A stretch of DNA of 36,740 nt from an uncultured Bacteriovoracaceae bacterium (GTDB lineage: Bacteria > Bdellovibrionota > Bacteriovoracia > Bacteriovoracales > Bacteriovoracaceae), in NCBI GenBank assembly GCA_964012805.1, contig CAXGUD010000036.1, forward strand, positions 1 through 36,740, in the 5' to 3' direction. The notes under the pieces were generated by a model. That model was not told where the DNA came from, did no database searches, and saw only the letters and a list, made by a program, of their open reading frames with translations. The position numbers and the translations under genes are program-made. The stretch's first letter is position 1; every line of letters starts with the position of its first letter. Shown here piece after piece: positions 36,256-36,740 of the stretch.

Positions 36256-36740
36256 ATGAAAGTGAAAAAAAAGAGCAAAATATTTCAAAAAACCACCCTG
36301 TTTACGATTTTACTTTCACAAATAAGTTGGTCAAGTTACGCAAGCCTAAGTAAAAAATCGAACACCCAAGGTTCTTCAGCTAAACCACAAATTGAAATTG
36401 GAGAAATTGGTCATGGAGGAAATGGATGCCCGGCCGGTTCTTCTCCAGTACTCAAAAACCCAAAATTTGATGAAAAAATTGTTTTTAAGCCTCTTAAATA
36501 CCGGTTAGAAACTGGAAAAAACAAAAAGAAAATTTCTAGAAAAAGCTGCCAACTATCAATCCCTATCAAAGTTCCTCGAGATATCTCTATTACTTTTGAT
36601 CATCTCAATTTCAAAGGTAACCTGGATTTAGAGAAGGGGGCTTCTCTGAGGTTTTCCGCCGAGTACTTTATTGCAGGGAAAAAGGGACCTCAAATTAAAG
36701 CAACCTTTAATGAAACTAAGATAAAGTCATTTCAAATAAG
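36256..36740 (+). CDS. Partial (runs off right edge) secreted DUF4360-like protein
   Basis: Not in the ORF track. ATG 36256 or GTG 36262 after AGGAG; open to the window end: signal peptide, GHGGNGCPAGS, RKSCQLSIPIKVP, EYFIAGKKGP. Confidence 0.8.
   Translation, partial: MKVKKKSKIFQKTTLFTILLSQISWSSYASLSKKSNTQGSSAKPQIEIGEIGHGGNGCPAGSSPVLKNPKFDEKIVFKPLKYRLETGKNKKKISRKSCQLSIPIKVPRDISITFDHLNFKGNLDLEKGASLRFSAEYFIAGKKGPQIKATFNETKIKSFQI

Noticed and set aside
36138..36353. 71-aa plus-strand ORF
   Set aside because: Overlaps the better-supported DUF4360-like frame and has no RBS or motif.

Overview
AT-rich bacterial chromosomal segment. Gene content and style suggest a predatory Bdellovibrionota (Bacteriovoracaceae/Halobacteriovoraceae-like) genome; this is an inference, not a database result. 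I found no rRNA, tRNA, CRISPR array, transposase or integrase. Most of the window is housekeeping or accessory metabolism: slyD, two ABC-F ATPases, an AstD-like aldehyde dehydrogenase, fumC, glpQ, two GST-type proteins, DoxX, pgi, a PMI cupin, SOUL, yciH, an HI0933 flavoprotein, DUF309 and a PLP aminotransferase. The most notable parts are: (1) a translationally coupled tandem pair of paralogous exported phage-fibre-like proteins at the left edge, one a 921-aa lipoprotein and the other missing from the ORF track because it runs off the window; (2) an animal-GLS-like glutaminase coupled to a secreted LRR protein with a cationic Cys-rich tail; (3) a 998-aa protein made of a duplicated ~285-aa unknown module plus ankyrins; (4) a 1048-aa secreted mosaic ankyrin protein behind a good sigma-28 promoter match. 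Smaller signals include a G9 tract at the glpQ start, a probable CTG start, a decayed gene and an attenuator-like hairpin upstream of pgi. A partial DUF4360-like gene sits at the right edge.
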